A DNA stretch of 64,000 nt from assembly GCA_951406725.2 (NCBI GenBank), contig OX597843.1, positions 4,464,001 through 4,528,000 on the forward strand. Direction: 5' to 3'. Both the position numbers and the translations under genes were made by a program. This document shows positions 47,977 through 60,564 of the stretch, piece after piece. The notes below the pieces were generated by a model. That model saw only the letters and a program-made list of their open reading frames with translations. It did not search any database and was not told the origin of the DNA. Numbering within the stretch: the first letter of the stretch is position 1; every line of letters starts with the position of its first letter. Source of the stretch: Octopus vulgaris. Lineage: Eukaryota.

Positions 47977-50448
47977 ACATACCGCTGGTCACAGTGTGCT
48001 TCCTTATATGGTTCTAGCTTTCTAATGATGCCACCACTGCGGCCATCCTGGGGCACCACTTTGACAAATTCTTAATCAAATGGATCGACTTGCAAGACTG
48101 AAAGTCTTTCAAAGCCTGGTACTTATTCCATCAGTCTCTTTTGCCAAACTGCTAAGTTACGGGGATGTAAATAAACCAATACCGGTTATCAGAGAATAGT
48201 GTGTGTGTGTGGGGGAGGCACAGATGCAGACACGCATATACATGCACACAGTGGGCTTCTTTCAGTTTCCGTCTACCAAATCCACTCACAAGGCATTGGT
48301 CGACCCAGGGCTGTAGTAGAAGACACGTGTCTAAGGTGCCATGAAGTGGGACTGAACCAGGAACCATGTGGTTGGTAAGCGAGCTACTTACCACACAGCC
48401 ACACCTGTCTGTGCGCGTTTGTGTATGTGTGTGCATCTTTGTGTCTATGTCTGTTCCCCCACACCATCACTTGACAACTGGTGTTGGTTTGTTTACGTCC
48501 CCATTGCTTACTACAATAAGTACCAGGTTTTAAAAAAAAACAATAATAGCACTGGAGTTGATTTATGTGACTAAAAATTCTTCAAGGTGTTGCCCCAGCA
48601 TGGCCACGGTTTAATGACTGAAACAAGTAAAAGATAAAATATGTAAATGTATATATAAATGGTTTTTCATGTTTACTTTTCTATGCCAGCATGGGTTAGA
48701 TGAGTGTTGTGTTGAGGCAGAGTTTCATATAGCTGGGTACCCTTCTTGACTCATCAAATAACAAACACCCCAGAAATGGTTACACAGGCTCTTAGAAACG
48801 AATGATACCAAATTAATTAATCTTTGGTTTATAGGCGCAGGAGTGGCTGTGTGGTAAGTAGCTTGCTAAGCAACCACATGGTTCCGGGTTCAGTCCCACT
48901 GCGTGGCATCTTGGGCAAGTGTCTTCTGCTATAGCCTTGGGTCGACCAATGCCTTGTGAGTGGATCTGGTAGATGGAAACTGAAAGAAGCCTGTCGAATA
49001 TGTGTGTACACCATTTGATGATGGGTGTTGGTTTGTTGACATTTGTGTGATTTAGCCATTAAGCCTTGTGAGTGGATTTGGTGGATGGCAACTGAAAGAA
49101 GCCTGTCTTTGTGTTGGTCTGATTATTTCCTCATAACTTAGTGGTTTGGCAAAAGAGACCAATAGAATAAGTTACCAAGCGCAGGAGTGGCTGTGTAGTA
49201 AGTAGCTTGCTTACCAACCACATGGTTCCGGGTTCAGTCCCACTGCGTGGCACCTTGGCAAGTGTCTTCTCCTATAGCCTCGGGCCAACCAAAGCCTTGT
49301 GAATGGATTTGGTAGACGGAAACTGAAAGAAGCCTGTCTTGTATATATATATATGTATGTATGTATATATATATATGTTTGTGTGTCTGTGTTTGTCCCC
49401 TCAACATCACCTGACAACTGATGCTGGTGTGTTTATGTCCCCGTAACTCAGCGGTTCAGCAAAAGAGACCGATAGAATAAGTGCTAGGCTTACAAAGAAT
49501 ATTTCCCAGGGTCGATTTGCTCGACTAAAGGCGGTGCTCCAGCATGGCCGCAGTCAAATGACTGAAACGAGTAAAAGAGTAAAGATTTTAAAAAAAAATA
49601 ATGGGGTCAAATTCATTTGACTAAAATTATTCCAGATGGTGCCCCAGCATGGCTACAGTTCAGTGATTGGAACAAACTAAATATAAGATGTGTGTTTTAA
49701 ATGAAAAATACCCGGTGACAAGTGAAAATTTTCTAAATAATCATTATTATTTACTAAAGCTTTTAAACATTCACAAAAAATGGATAGTATGTGTTTGGGT
49801 ATTAGCACCCTTATAGCAAGAATAAGACGTGGGTTCAATTCTCATGCTCGGTAGTACCTTTTTTTTTTCTTTTTTTTTTGGGGCGAGGGCTTATATGCCT
49901 CAGTGTTAGACTATTTTCTATAGCCAGACCGGTGTCTGCTACTCTAGGCCGACGAAGGACAATCATCCTGAAACACGTGTCCCTAGATGCAGCCCGGAAA
50001 AAAGCCCCTAGTGGGTAATAAAGAAAGTGTTTTCTATAGCCATTATTATACAGTGAACACTTATAAGCCAAAAGGCTTATAATTATTATTAACAGAATAG
50101 GCGTAGGAGTGGCTGTGTGGTAAGTAGCTTGCTTACCAACCACAGGGTTCCGGGTTCAGTCCCACTGCGTGACACCTTGGGCAAGTGTCTTCTACTATAG
50201 CCTCAGGCTGACCAAAGCCTTGTGAGTGGATTTGGTAGACGGAAACTGAAAGAAGCCTGTCGTATATATATATATATATATATATAGGTGCAGGAGTGGC
50301 TGTGTGGTAAGTAGCTTGCTTACCAACCACAGGGTTCCGGGTTCAGTCCCACTGCGTGGCACGTTGGGCAAGTGTCTTCTACTATAGCCTCGGGCCGACC
50401 AAAGCCTTGTGAGTAGATTTGGTAGACGGAAACTGAAAGAAGCCCGTC

Positions 50449-50483
<35 letters not shown>

Positions 50484-50647
50484 TGTGTGTCTGTGTTTAC
50501 ATCCCCGTAACTTAGCGGTTTGGCAAATGAAAAAAAGAGAATAAGTACTAGGATTACAAAGAATAAGTCCTGGGGTCGATTTGCTCGACTAAAAAGGCAG
50601 TGCTCCAGCATGGCCACAGTCAGATGACTGGAACATGTAAAAGAGTA
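47523..50647. mobile_element. Cluster of SINE-A copies in both orientations
   Basis: Minus: about 47523-47920, 48010-48410. Plus: about 48440-48640, 48833-48998, 49178-49585, 50100-50647. Confidence 0.8.
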
Positions 50648-51248
50648 ACAAATGCACATAACACATACATACATGTATACACACAGAAAACATATATCTA
50701 TTATATATACACATAAATGCATGTGTATATATTATAGCTATGTATATATGTTCACACACACAGACAAATAAGTGAAACCATATTTTGTTGGGTCCCGCCA
50801 TCATCAGTGGGATTGTGGCAAAAACAAAAGAAATAACATAAAAACCTGTTGCAAACCTTGTTATATGACATTGTTAATTGTTTAATTGTTACATTTATGC
50901 ATTTGTTTTCCGCAAGATTCTTAATGTGAAATCCTGTCGAAACGGGTGTCGTTATATTTTGGGGGTGGTCTTTTTTTTTTTGTGCTTGCCAAATAAACAC
51001 ACACCTATGTATTTGTTCTTCTCTTCAGCTTTCTTACCATTCTTATTTTATATCCGTTGTCTGAAAATCTTTTGTCACGTCTCCTGTGACCTCTTCAGTA
51101 ACTCTCCATCCCATGTGTCTCCCATTCTGTTTAGTCTGTTCTATCTTTCTATATCTGTGCATGCATTTGCATTTCTACCTGTGCATATGTATATGGGTTT
51201 ACTTACTATACTGTTCTTACCCATAACTTATTTTTTTTTTATTATTTA

Positions 51249-51754
51249 CCATAAATCCTCAAGTATAATCCGCATTTTTTTCCCCAAAATTTAAAAGGCA
51301 AAATCCCTAGTGCGTACTATATACGAGGTTAAAAATGAAAAATATTTTCTAAGCAATGTCCGAGTCTCTATTTGCTGTCTGACAATATTTATTCAGATGC
51401 ATTTTGTGATGTTGGGTGTGAAAATCCCTTAAGCTAAGCCTGAAAGCAATGAAGTCATAAAAGAATCATCCATTACTTGCACTAAGCGACATTTATTAAA
51501 ATAAAAGTATTCAGAATACAGAATAACATTTAACAAAAACAATTTGCAAACATATTTACATTCCCATATAACAGTTAAGAACATCACCATTATTGTATTA
51601 CGCATGCGCAGAAGTGTTTGTTCGGCTAGGTGCTGATGGCTTAATTTCACACAACTCAAGATAGAGAACGGGTGCATATTATACACAAGGTTTAGGTTTT
51701 TCAGAGGTACAGCCTCCTAAAAATCCCCTGCGTATTATACTCGAGGATTTAAGG
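51249..51754. mobile_element. Tc1/mariner-superfamily (Tc2/pogo-like) MITE
   Basis: TA|CCATAAATCCTCAAGTATAATCCGCA ... TGCGTATTATACTCGAGGATTTAAGG|TA. Confidence 0.8.
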
Positions 51755-52134
51755 TACTTATTTCTCTGTTTTTCTTTCTCATTCCGTCTTAAGTATGTCT
51801 ATGTGTGTCATGTGTGTGTGTGTGTGTATAGGTTTTGAAAAACAAAAGGCACCGATACAAACAGTATAATACATAATGGATTAAACAGAACTGGAGGAAA
51901 CACATGGGATGGAGAGCCGCTGCTGAGGTCACAGGATGTGTGATGAAAGATTTCAGACAAAGGACGCTAAAATAAGAATTATATTAAATCTGAAGTGAAG
52001 GAGTATATCATGCATGTGTTTAATTGGGAGGAGGGAATCAACATCCTGAAATATAACAATAATTGTTTATCATTAAGTTTCCCTGTCTGAAGGGTTTTCA
52101 TTTTTCTCTTATATTCCTCCAACCCTGATGGCTT

Positions 52135-52965
52135 CATTGAAAAAAAAGTTCATTTCTTCTTTTGAATCTTAAACACTAGCAATTGTCCTCTGATGTTTGA
52201 GATTTGGTTGGGTAGAGAGATGCCAAGGACCTAAGACACTGCTGATTGAGTCCATAAATTCAAAATTGCTTTTGACCCTACCCAATCAGCCGCCGGCAAA
52301 ATTTTTACATTTAAGAGCCTGGCAGGGTCACCACCCTGACCCCAAGAGATAAGTATCTTTTATCCATTAAGTTTCTATTCAGGGTGGCAGCCCACACCCT
52401 CAGGCACTTATCAATTTTTGCCCACCATAGGTGGGGAGAAACCAAATTAGGGTTATAGTCAAATTTTTGAGCCTCCGCAGGGGTGTCGAAAAGCACACCC
52501 ACCGTTGTGTACCTCGCACCCCAGTGGATAAACCTAAAATTTAGCAGGTATCCTACCAATTCGTTTTCTATATCAAAATTGCTTTTGACCCTACCCAATC
52601 AGCCGCCGGCAAAATTTTTACATTTAAGAGCCTGGCAGGGTCACCACCCAGACCCCAAAAGATAAGTATCTTCTATCCATTCAGTTTCTATTCCGGGTGG
52701 CAGCCCACACCCTCAGGCTTTTGTCAATTTTTGCCCACCATAGGTGGGGAAAAACAAAATTAGGGTTAGGGTCAAATTTTTGAGCCTCTGCAGGGGTGTC
52801 TAAAAGCGCACCCACCGTTGTGTACCTCGCACCCCAGTGGATAAACCTAAAATTTGGCAGGTATCCTACCAACTCGTTTTCTATATCAAAATTGCTTTTG
52901 ACCTGACCCAATCAGCCACCGTTGTGTACCTCGCACCCCAGTGGATAAACCTAAAATTTAGCAGG
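52135..52965 (-). repeat. Duplicated cassette containing a LINE ORF1-like fragment
   Basis: About 310-bp internal repeat; whole block recurs at 61588-62105 and 62675-63190; minus frame FIHWGARYTTVGVLFDTPAEAQKF aligns by eye with YIAKGSGYGTVVVQFGTEEEAKRL of ORF 54715..55542. Confidence 0.75.
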
Positions 52966-54300
52966 CTAAACTCCGGCTTTTGTCAATTTTTTGGTTGAAA
53001 ATCTTTTGCGCGTTCATTTCGTACAGCTGTTTTGCATTACGGAGGGTATTTTTGAGCATCGTGTTGAAGCGCGCATGAATACAGCTTGATTTCACGTCAG
53101 TGACGTCACAATGTGTAACTGTAAAAGATGTCATGCCGCAGGAAGATAGTCCGACTTTATAGCGCATGTCGTTGTGAGGTTTGACACTCCGGATACCAAA
53201 GTGAACGGTGTTGTTCCACCATAGCGTGTTGAAGATGGATTCAGGTGTGTTCGGACCGAGCTGGTCACATTCCCATAGCTTGTTGATATCATCGTCGGAG
53301 AGAGATTCTGCGCGTCGAGGTAGGTTTTCCATTCCTTCACTTTTCAACACCTTTTGCTTTGTTTTTAGTACGTCATGTAGTTTCACGAATGTCCCGTCCG
53401 AGAATAGTGACGTCGAGTAGTGTTTTGACTTCAGATATCTTTCAATACTGGATAACATTCCCCTCAAAGATGAAGGTTCATAATTGCTACCGTCCAGCTT
53501 TTGTAACGAGATAAAGAAAGTACACAGAATGTCACAAAGTTCACTTTTGTCGATAGATTCAATTGGACGCGTGTTGCCATAAAAGCAAACAATCGTTTAA
53601 CATCATAGTTTGTTTTCCGAAGAGTATTTTTATTTTGGTTACCTTGAATGAATTTGTCTATTCCAGAATGATTATACCTCGGTTGAAATTCAAGTTCATT
53701 ATTGCTCTCATCAAAGAAATCGTCACGAAGAAGATCATTGTACACCTCATCAGAGATGTTAGATCTAGGGTTCAATGACACTGTTTCAGGTACCTTCGTT
53801 AACCTGTCGAACTTGGCCAGTATTGATCTTCACTTTGAACATTCTGTATGTTCCAAGAGGTTGAACAACGGATAACACTCTTCCCCCATCTTTACCATCA
53901 ATCTTAACAAAATCATTCACCTTGATATCGACAACAGTAGCCATCTCGTTCATAGATCTACCTGCACTGCAAGAGTATCGACGAGCAGACGAAATATGTT
54001 GGGATTTTTTGGGCAACAAAAAATTGAATTACCACCAGAAATGTTTATATTTTATGTGTATATGACTTTCAGTGATATCTGGTATAAAAAAAGATAGTAT
54101 GTTTGTTTAATTACATGGCTACATTCTACCTGCTCGTGAAAGTAATGAATGAAGTTTAGTTCTAACTTATGAATGACAAAAGTAGTGCCGTCACCGTGAC
54201 CTCGGGTCATCACCATGGATTGACCAATCAGAAGCAGCGCTCGCAGTATCTGACATATGTTAGATACCAAAAATATCTCAAAGTGTTCTCGCTCACATGT
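52966..54300 (-). mobile_element. Crypton-like (tyrosine recombinase, DUF3504-type) transposon remnant
   Basis: Frameshifted ORFs 53464..53781 (NQNKNTLRKTNYDVKRL) and 52958..53467 (SSIERYLK..AESLS..KLW..QLG..TP..WWNNTVHFGIR) match the CryptonA/ZMYM/QRICH1/KCTD1 domain pattern from memory; boundaries approximate. Confidence 0.75.
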
Positions 54301-54714
54301 GTGTAATAACAATTAAGAATATGTAAATATAAAAGGATACTGAGAAAATAAATTAAGTTTATGATAACATGCATGATATCTGAAAATGAAAATATGAAGA
54401 GTGTGCTACTCACCCCACTCTGAGTAACACCAGTCGCTGCCTTTGAGTCCGAATTCGTCTTTAGTCCCTGGTCTGATCCTTCTATTTCCGCTCTCACTAT
54501 CGCTTAATGACAACATTCTCTCGCTGCCTTTTTCACCGGGGGAGGGGTTTTCTAAATCCTGTGGTGTCTGCTCTTTTTTCTTGTGGGGGAAAGGGAGTGG
54601 GTGGGATGGAGTTGGACTGGGGTACGATATCACACTCAGTGTTCTTTCTTTTCTTCCTCTTCTTCCCTCTGCAACTATCCATTCTTCCTCCTTTCGTCCG
54701 TCTTTCTTTTCATC

Positions 54715-55542
54715 CTATTTTCTCTCCTTCGTCTCCACAACTGGTTCATCTGTTTTTTCCTCTATCTTTTTCTTCTGTAGTGGGCAGTGTGCTCTAATGT
54801 GGCCTTTTTGGCCACATTTAAAGCATCGCGGGATTCTGCCCTCTACCCATACTCTCAATACTATTTCTCCCATCGTCACCGTTTCCGCCAAATTTTCCAG
54901 CTCCTTCGCCTCCGCTTCTATGATCATTTCCAGTATTTTTCCTCTGTAGCTTCCTTCCTCTGTCTCTGTGGCTTGGAGGACAGTCATCTCCTCCTCACTT
55001 CCAACGAGGACGGCTGCCGCAACCCAAGTCACTTTTATATCAGGTGGAATTCCTTCTACCCTCACCTTGGAAGTCTTTCTTCCAAGGTAAGTGGGTAGAA
55101 GTACTAGTTCCTCAGATTTTGCAGTTGTACTTGCCAGCCTCTTTGCCTCCTCTTCTGTCCCAAACTGGACAACCACCGTCCCATATCCGCTTCCTTTTGC
55201 TATATATCTTACTTCCTTCGAAAGCCCCTTCAGAGCTTCTACTTTTTCCATCTTCATCCGCTCCACACTCCTACTCTCCACTGAGTGCACCATGTAGGTA
55301 ATAGTCTTCTTTTCCATATTTACCATAACCCTTTTCCGGGATAATAACTTTACGTCACTTCCCACCTCCAGTGTCATCTTACACAGCTCCTTCAGTTCGG
55401 TTGGGTCTACTTCCTTTTTCTTTACCTCTGCCGCGTCAGCAAAACTCTTTGCTCTTTCCAAATGCTCGTCCATTCTGTTTACCGCCTTAACGAGCTCCTC
55501 CTCTGATGAGGATAGTTCATACTCGCTAAGGTCTGAATACAT
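54715..55542 (-). pseudogene. Tx1/L1-like LINE ORF1 (gag-like) with CCHC zinc knuckle
   Basis: 275-aa ORF ending GRIPRCFKCGQKGHIRAHC; no ORF2 follows. Confidence 0.8.
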
Positions 55543-55624
55543 TCTCTTCCACTAGTACAACACTCGCCGAGAAACCGCTGGCAAGCAGCTCAAAAGATTC
55601 CGTTCGCCTTGTCAAAACTCGACG

Positions 55625-55895
55625 CATGCTCGACCTTATGTGGCCTTCCTCGCCACATTTGTAACACCTGGGCTTTCTACCCTCGACTACCACCATCATG
55701 CTTGTATTTTCTCCAATTGTAAGGGAAATGGGCAATTTTTCTAAGTCTGAGGGGTTTGCTTGGATGACAAGCTCTAAATCTTTTTCAATCACAGCTTTTT
55801 TCCTCAACAGTTCTCGTAACAGTGCAAACAGCTGCAAACGTATTTTCGGGCAATGTTTATATACCTTGTAGCTCACTCCATTGTTCCCTGGTGTG
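55625..55895 (-). pseudogene. Chimeric RT-fragment/ORF1-knuckle piece
   Basis: PGNNGVSYKVYK..LFALL fused to EGRKPRCYKCGEEGH; a deleted duplicate of 57690-58305. Confidence 0.7.
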
Positions 55896-55904
55896 GCAAC
55901 GACC

Positions 55905-56460
55905 TCGCTCAAATGGTGCCCTTTTACGTGCCACTGGCACAGGTGCCAGTAAGACGACTTTGGTAACGATCACGCTCGAATGGTGCCCTTTTACGTGCCA
56001 CCGGCACAGGTGCCAGTAAGACGACTCTGGTAACGATCACGCTCGGATGGTGCCCTTTTACGTGCCACTGGCACAGGTGCCAGTAAGACGACTTTGGTAA
56101 CGATCACGCTCGAATGGTGCCCTTTTACGTGCCACTGGCACAGGTGCCGGTAAGACGACTTTGGTAACGATCACGCTCGGATGGTGCCCTTTTACATGCC
56201 ACCAGCACAGGTGCCAGTAGGACGACTTTGGTAACGATCACGCTCGGATGGTGCCCTTTTACGTGCCACCGGCACAGGTGCCAGTAGGACGACTTTGGTA
56301 ACGATCACGCTCGGATGGTGCCCTTTTACGTGCCACTGGCACAGGTGCCAGTAAGACGACTTTGGTAACGATCACGCTCGAATGGTGCCCTTTTACGTGC
56401 CACTGGCACAGGTGCCGGTAAGACGACTTTGGTAACGATCACGCTCGAATGGTGCCCTTT
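55905..56460. repeat. Tandem array, about 8 x 67 bp, from the RTE family D 3' UTR repeat
   Basis: TGGTGCCCTTTTACGTGCC at 55914, 55981, 56048 and onward; unit has the palindrome ACTGGCAC-AG-GTGCCAGT. Confidence 0.95.
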
Positions 56461-56866
56461 AATACAACTCTGGTCTTACAGCCGTTTCTGTTTTGGGGAT
56501 CCAATGTGCTAAAGTTGACATATACAAAAGTTGAACTCGAAAGCTTCATCAGAGAGTCATTAAGTCCTTAATGGTAAGGATAGGAGGTTAAAAGTAAAGC
56601 CCAGGGCTATATTCAGAAGTTGTGAGATCACATCTGATTGCAGTCTATATTATATGTATATATTTGTGTGTCTTTGTGACCACCACTACTGCTTGACAAC
56701 CAGTGTTGGTTGTCTACATCCCCGTAACTTAGCAGTTCGGCAAAAGGAGTAAATACCAGGCTTCAAAAATAAATAAGTACTGGGGCCTATTTTTTTTCAA
56801 GGAGGTGCCCCAGCGTGGCCACTGTTTAATGACAGGGAGAAGTAAAAGATAGAAGATATATATACA

Positions 56867-57480
56867 CAGGTGTGCAAGAAGTAAATACACACCTGTAATT
56901 TTCAAACTCGTTTGTTTGATGCGCAAAGCAAAGATTTGCAATGTAATCGATAGGTAGGACTAAATGGAAGTGGAAGCACTCCGTCGGTTACGGCGACGAG
57001 GGTTCCGGTTGATCCGAATCAACGGAACAGCCTGCTCGTGAAATTAACGTGTAAGTGGCTGAGCACTCCACAGACACGTGCACCCTTAACGTAGTTCTCG
57101 GGGATATTCAGGTTGACACAGAGAGTGACAAGGCCGGCCCTTTGAAATACAGGAAGAAAGAGTGAGAGAAAGTTGTGGTGAAAGAGTACAGCAGGGATCA
57201 CCACCATCCCCTGCCGGAGACTCGTGGAGCTTTGGGTGTTTTCGCTCAGTAAACACTCACAACGCCCGGTCTGGGAATCGAAACCGCGATCCTACGACCG
57301 TGAGTCCGCTGCCCTAACCACTGGGCCATTGCGCCTCCACATACTAAATACTTTAGTATTTGGTTGACATTCCGTTTGCAGTTTTTAATTCAGAAACTCT
57401 TTTTGGCATTGAACTGATGAGCTTTGTGATTGTCTTTTGTGGAATTTTTGCCCACTTTTCATGCAACGATTGCATAGTCC
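56867..57480 (-). mobile_element. Tc1-like transposon 3' end interrupted by SINE C (56965-57340)
   Basis: WAKIPQKTITKLISSMPKRVSELKTANGMSTKY* is a Tc1 DDE transposase C-terminus; TIR-like CAGGTGTGCAAGAAGTAAATACAC at 56867. Confidence 0.8.
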
Positions 57481-57499
57481 TATGTATGCAAAGAGGGTG

Positions 57500-58190
57500 G
57501 GGTCCTTCCATTTCTGTCTTCTCTTTGATGGTCCCACGGTGACCCACTCCTGGTTGTTGTCTTCTTGCACTGCTGGCTGTTCTTTGGTATTTTGTGCATG
57601 CGATGCAGCTGCTATTTCTAGCAGTGTAGTTCTTGTTTTCGGCGTCGTGCTTGCCTCTGCAGTATTTTCTTTGGCTGTCTTCTTCTTGCAGCTCGACCTT
57701 ATGTAGCCTTTCTCGCCACATTTATAGCACCTAGGTTTTCTTCCCTCGACTATTACCATCAAGCTGGTATTATCTCCAATGGTGAGGGAGCTTGGCAATT
57801 TTTCCAAGTCCGAGGGGTTCGCTTGGATCACAAATTCTAAGTCTTGTCCATACCAGGTTGTGGGGCAATATCTTTTAGACTGAAGAATGGCAATTTCTTC
57901 CTTTTTGCCTAAGAGAATCGCTGCTGTTATGAAGTCCACATCTATTTCGGGCGGAATGTCCGTGACTGTTATCCTGCTAGTTCTCATTCCTAAATAAAAA
58001 GGTAGAAGAACTACCTCGTCTGACTTCAACGTTGTTGTTGAATGTTCCCTAGCTATTTCTTCGCTAGGGAAACGCACCTCTACCGTTCCGAAGCAACTAC
58101 CCCTTGTTATATACGTAGTTTGTTGCCATATCGGCCTCAAACATTTTTCTATGGCCTCTCTCTGCACGAAGTCAATTTTCTTATTCTTGA
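57500..58190 (-). pseudogene. Second Tx1/L1-like ORF1 fragment with CCHC knuckle
   Basis: YITRGSCFGTVEVRF..LLPFYLG..GRKPRCYKCGEKGYIRSSC. Confidence 0.8.
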
Positions 58191-58380
58191 CAGTTTTTCT
58201 ATCACAGCTTTTTTCCTCAACAGTTCTCGTAGCAGTGCAAACAGCTGCAAACGTATTTTCGGGCAATGTTTATATACCTTGTAGATCACTCCATTGTTCC
58301 CTGGTGAACCTTTTGCTCTTGCTTTTCTTATGAACTCATCCATTTCTTTCCGTTTGATGTCACTCAAATCAAATGGTACT
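58190..58380 (-). pseudogene. Non-LTR reverse transcriptase N-terminal fragment
   Basis: KARAKGSPGNNGVIYKVYK resembles the conserved (K/S)xPGxDG motif of RT domain 0. Confidence 0.6.
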
Positions 58381-58499
58381 CTTCTGGCGGCACTTCTGCA
58401 ATCTTGACCCGGGACGTCCTATGTCCCATCTAGGTCGGGAGAAGTACCAACTCCTTAGTTTTTAGGGGACTATCGGAATTCCTGCGGGCCACCTCTTCC

Positions 58500-58955
58500 C
58501 CCGAGGAGCTGGGTCAATTGCTTCGTAGACGAATTCTCCTGGTTGACGACGGAGGGCATGACCCAGCCAACGCTGACCTGAGTGTAGCTGGGGGTGGGAC
58601 ATCAGGAATCTACAAGGGAGTTCTCGTTTCTTGTCTTGAGACAGCATCCACCCGGGGTAGGTTGAGCTGGCTTCATTCATCCTCAATGCTGCATCTCTCA
58701 CAAACGCCGACCAGGCCTGGCGATTTGAGGCCAACGGCCACGTGATCTCCAACCACTCCTTATTCCAGCGGCGAACGCCGTAGATATGGAGGCCTAGGTT
58801 GGGTTCCAGATCAGCCTTGACTGTCATCAGCCAGGTTTTTTGTTGTCCACCACATCGCTTTCGCCAACCCTGAAGGGTTGATGGGGCAATTGCTTCATGG
58901 GTTGGGTTCCAGATCAGCCTTGACTGTCATCAGCCAGGTTTTTCGTTGTCCAACC
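58500..58955 (-). mobile_element. RTE-like fragments of the 19.2-21.4 kb family, in permuted order
   Basis: RWLGHALRRQPGEFVYEAIDPAP lies after, not before, the 3' end on the minus strand. Confidence 0.8.
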
Positions 58956-59099
58956 ATGAAGGGTTGCTGGCCTTGTGCCATAATATGAAACCAAGATAAT
59001 AAGAGTAATGTGTATTCAATAATGAAAGCATTTAGAATTCTTAAACTTCCAAATAGTTCGTCTTTCTTCTTAAGATTGATTTCTTTATTACCCACTAGG

Positions 59100-60564
59100 G
59101 GCGACATAGAGTAAACATACAATCACGAATGATGAAACCATTATGAACATTTGGGGTCAGTTAAAATCGAAAATGAATAATAAAATCGAATGATTACACA
59201 AAGACAAAGTAAACAAATTAGAAAATGCAGTGGGGCGGGTTCGCGACCCCATGTTTCCCGCCACGACACTTAACCTTGTGGTTTCATTTTTTTTTCTCCT
59301 ATCTCGCGTTTGTGAGGGATCCTTTACTTGCCACATTTTTCCATCTTTCATCAAGCACTTTCCTACTCAGGCTCCTTCTCTCCAGTTCTATATGTCTTTT
59401 CAGGTGGAATTTAAAATATTCCACCAGACCTGAACCAGAGATGTAGTCACCTGTTATCATCCCTTTCGTCCTTGTCTTCCATACTGCCTGCATCGCAGTT
59501 GAAACCACGGCGAGGGGTTTCCTTGATCTCCATGGACATTCCTCCAATACTTCCTGTCCTTAGTTCTTGTCTACAAATCCGCAACTGATAGGCTGTTGTC
59601 GATCATTAGTCTGTCAACATGTTAGAGCCAGTCACACTTTGCCCCTATGGTCATCCTGATTACCCAACCATGGACGTTCCCTCCCCCGACAGATGTGTTG
59701 CTCCTTTGATAGAGCTTGATGGCCATGACCATGGATCTTCTAAGATTCCTCAATCTAAAAAGCACCGTTGGCTCAGTTGTTCTCTTCTGTTGTCTCTTGA
59801 CAATCTGCCGTGCTACAGTGTCTTGACTTCACCGTAACCCCTGGCAGGGTTGCTGAAGGGGTGCTATGATTTGCCAAAGGGCAGCTTGTAACTCTGCAGG
59901 GCACAGTCATCATTCCATACCACTTATTCTCTTGCTAGAGCTTGGTGACGAAGCCATCCGCCATGTTGTGAACAACAGAATATTCCCACATGTGGGTGTC
60001 AGAAGGAAGAACAAGCTATTTAAAATACTTCTGTTGAAGAAGAAATCTGTGATAGAAAAAATGTCCATGATTTTCTCATAGTCATTCAGGAGGGGCGAGA
60101 AGGCTTGTAGACTGTCCAGCTTGGTCTCTGTAGCAACCATCACATGTACTGTATGTTGGGAGCAGCACCACATCCTTTGTTTTTAGATGACTCACTGAGT
60201 GCTCTTGTGCTTCATCGTCCGTCTCGAATCTGTCTTCTATTGTTCCATATACCTGGCCCCTCACTATGTATTTTATATCTTTCCATATAGGGACCTGGCA
60301 TTTTTCTATTTCACACTTTCGAAAGTTCTTAAATTTTTTTGATGAAAGATGGTACGTTTTGTAAACGACTGTCCTCTTCATATTTTCAACACTAGGTGAG
60401 GGTGAGATCTTTATATCCCCACCCTCCTCTTTCATTCTCTGAAAAAGCTCAGAGAGCTTCTCTGTTTCAATTGTAATACTTCTTGAAGACACAGCAGCTA
60501 CTGTCGCGAACTTTTTGGCTGGCTCTTGCAGCTGGTTTGCTTCTTGAATTATTTCGACCAACAT
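59100..60564 (-). pseudogene. Tx1/L1-like fragments: ORF2 C-terminus, endonuclease start, third ORF1 piece
   Basis: AMQAVWKTR..FHLKRHIELE (59299..59547); HVMVATETKL (60065-60145); YIVRGQVYGTIEDRF..LLPTY (60082..60564). Confidence 0.65.

Noticed and set aside
54715-55542. Host zinc-knuckle gene or retroviral gag
   Set aside because: Intronless, several diverged paralogous fragments nearby, no LTRs; best explained as LINE ORF1. Domestication is not formally excluded.
55905-56460. CRISPR-like palindromic repeat array
   Set aside because: No unique spacers, no cas genes, eukaryotic context; unit derives from a LINE UTR.
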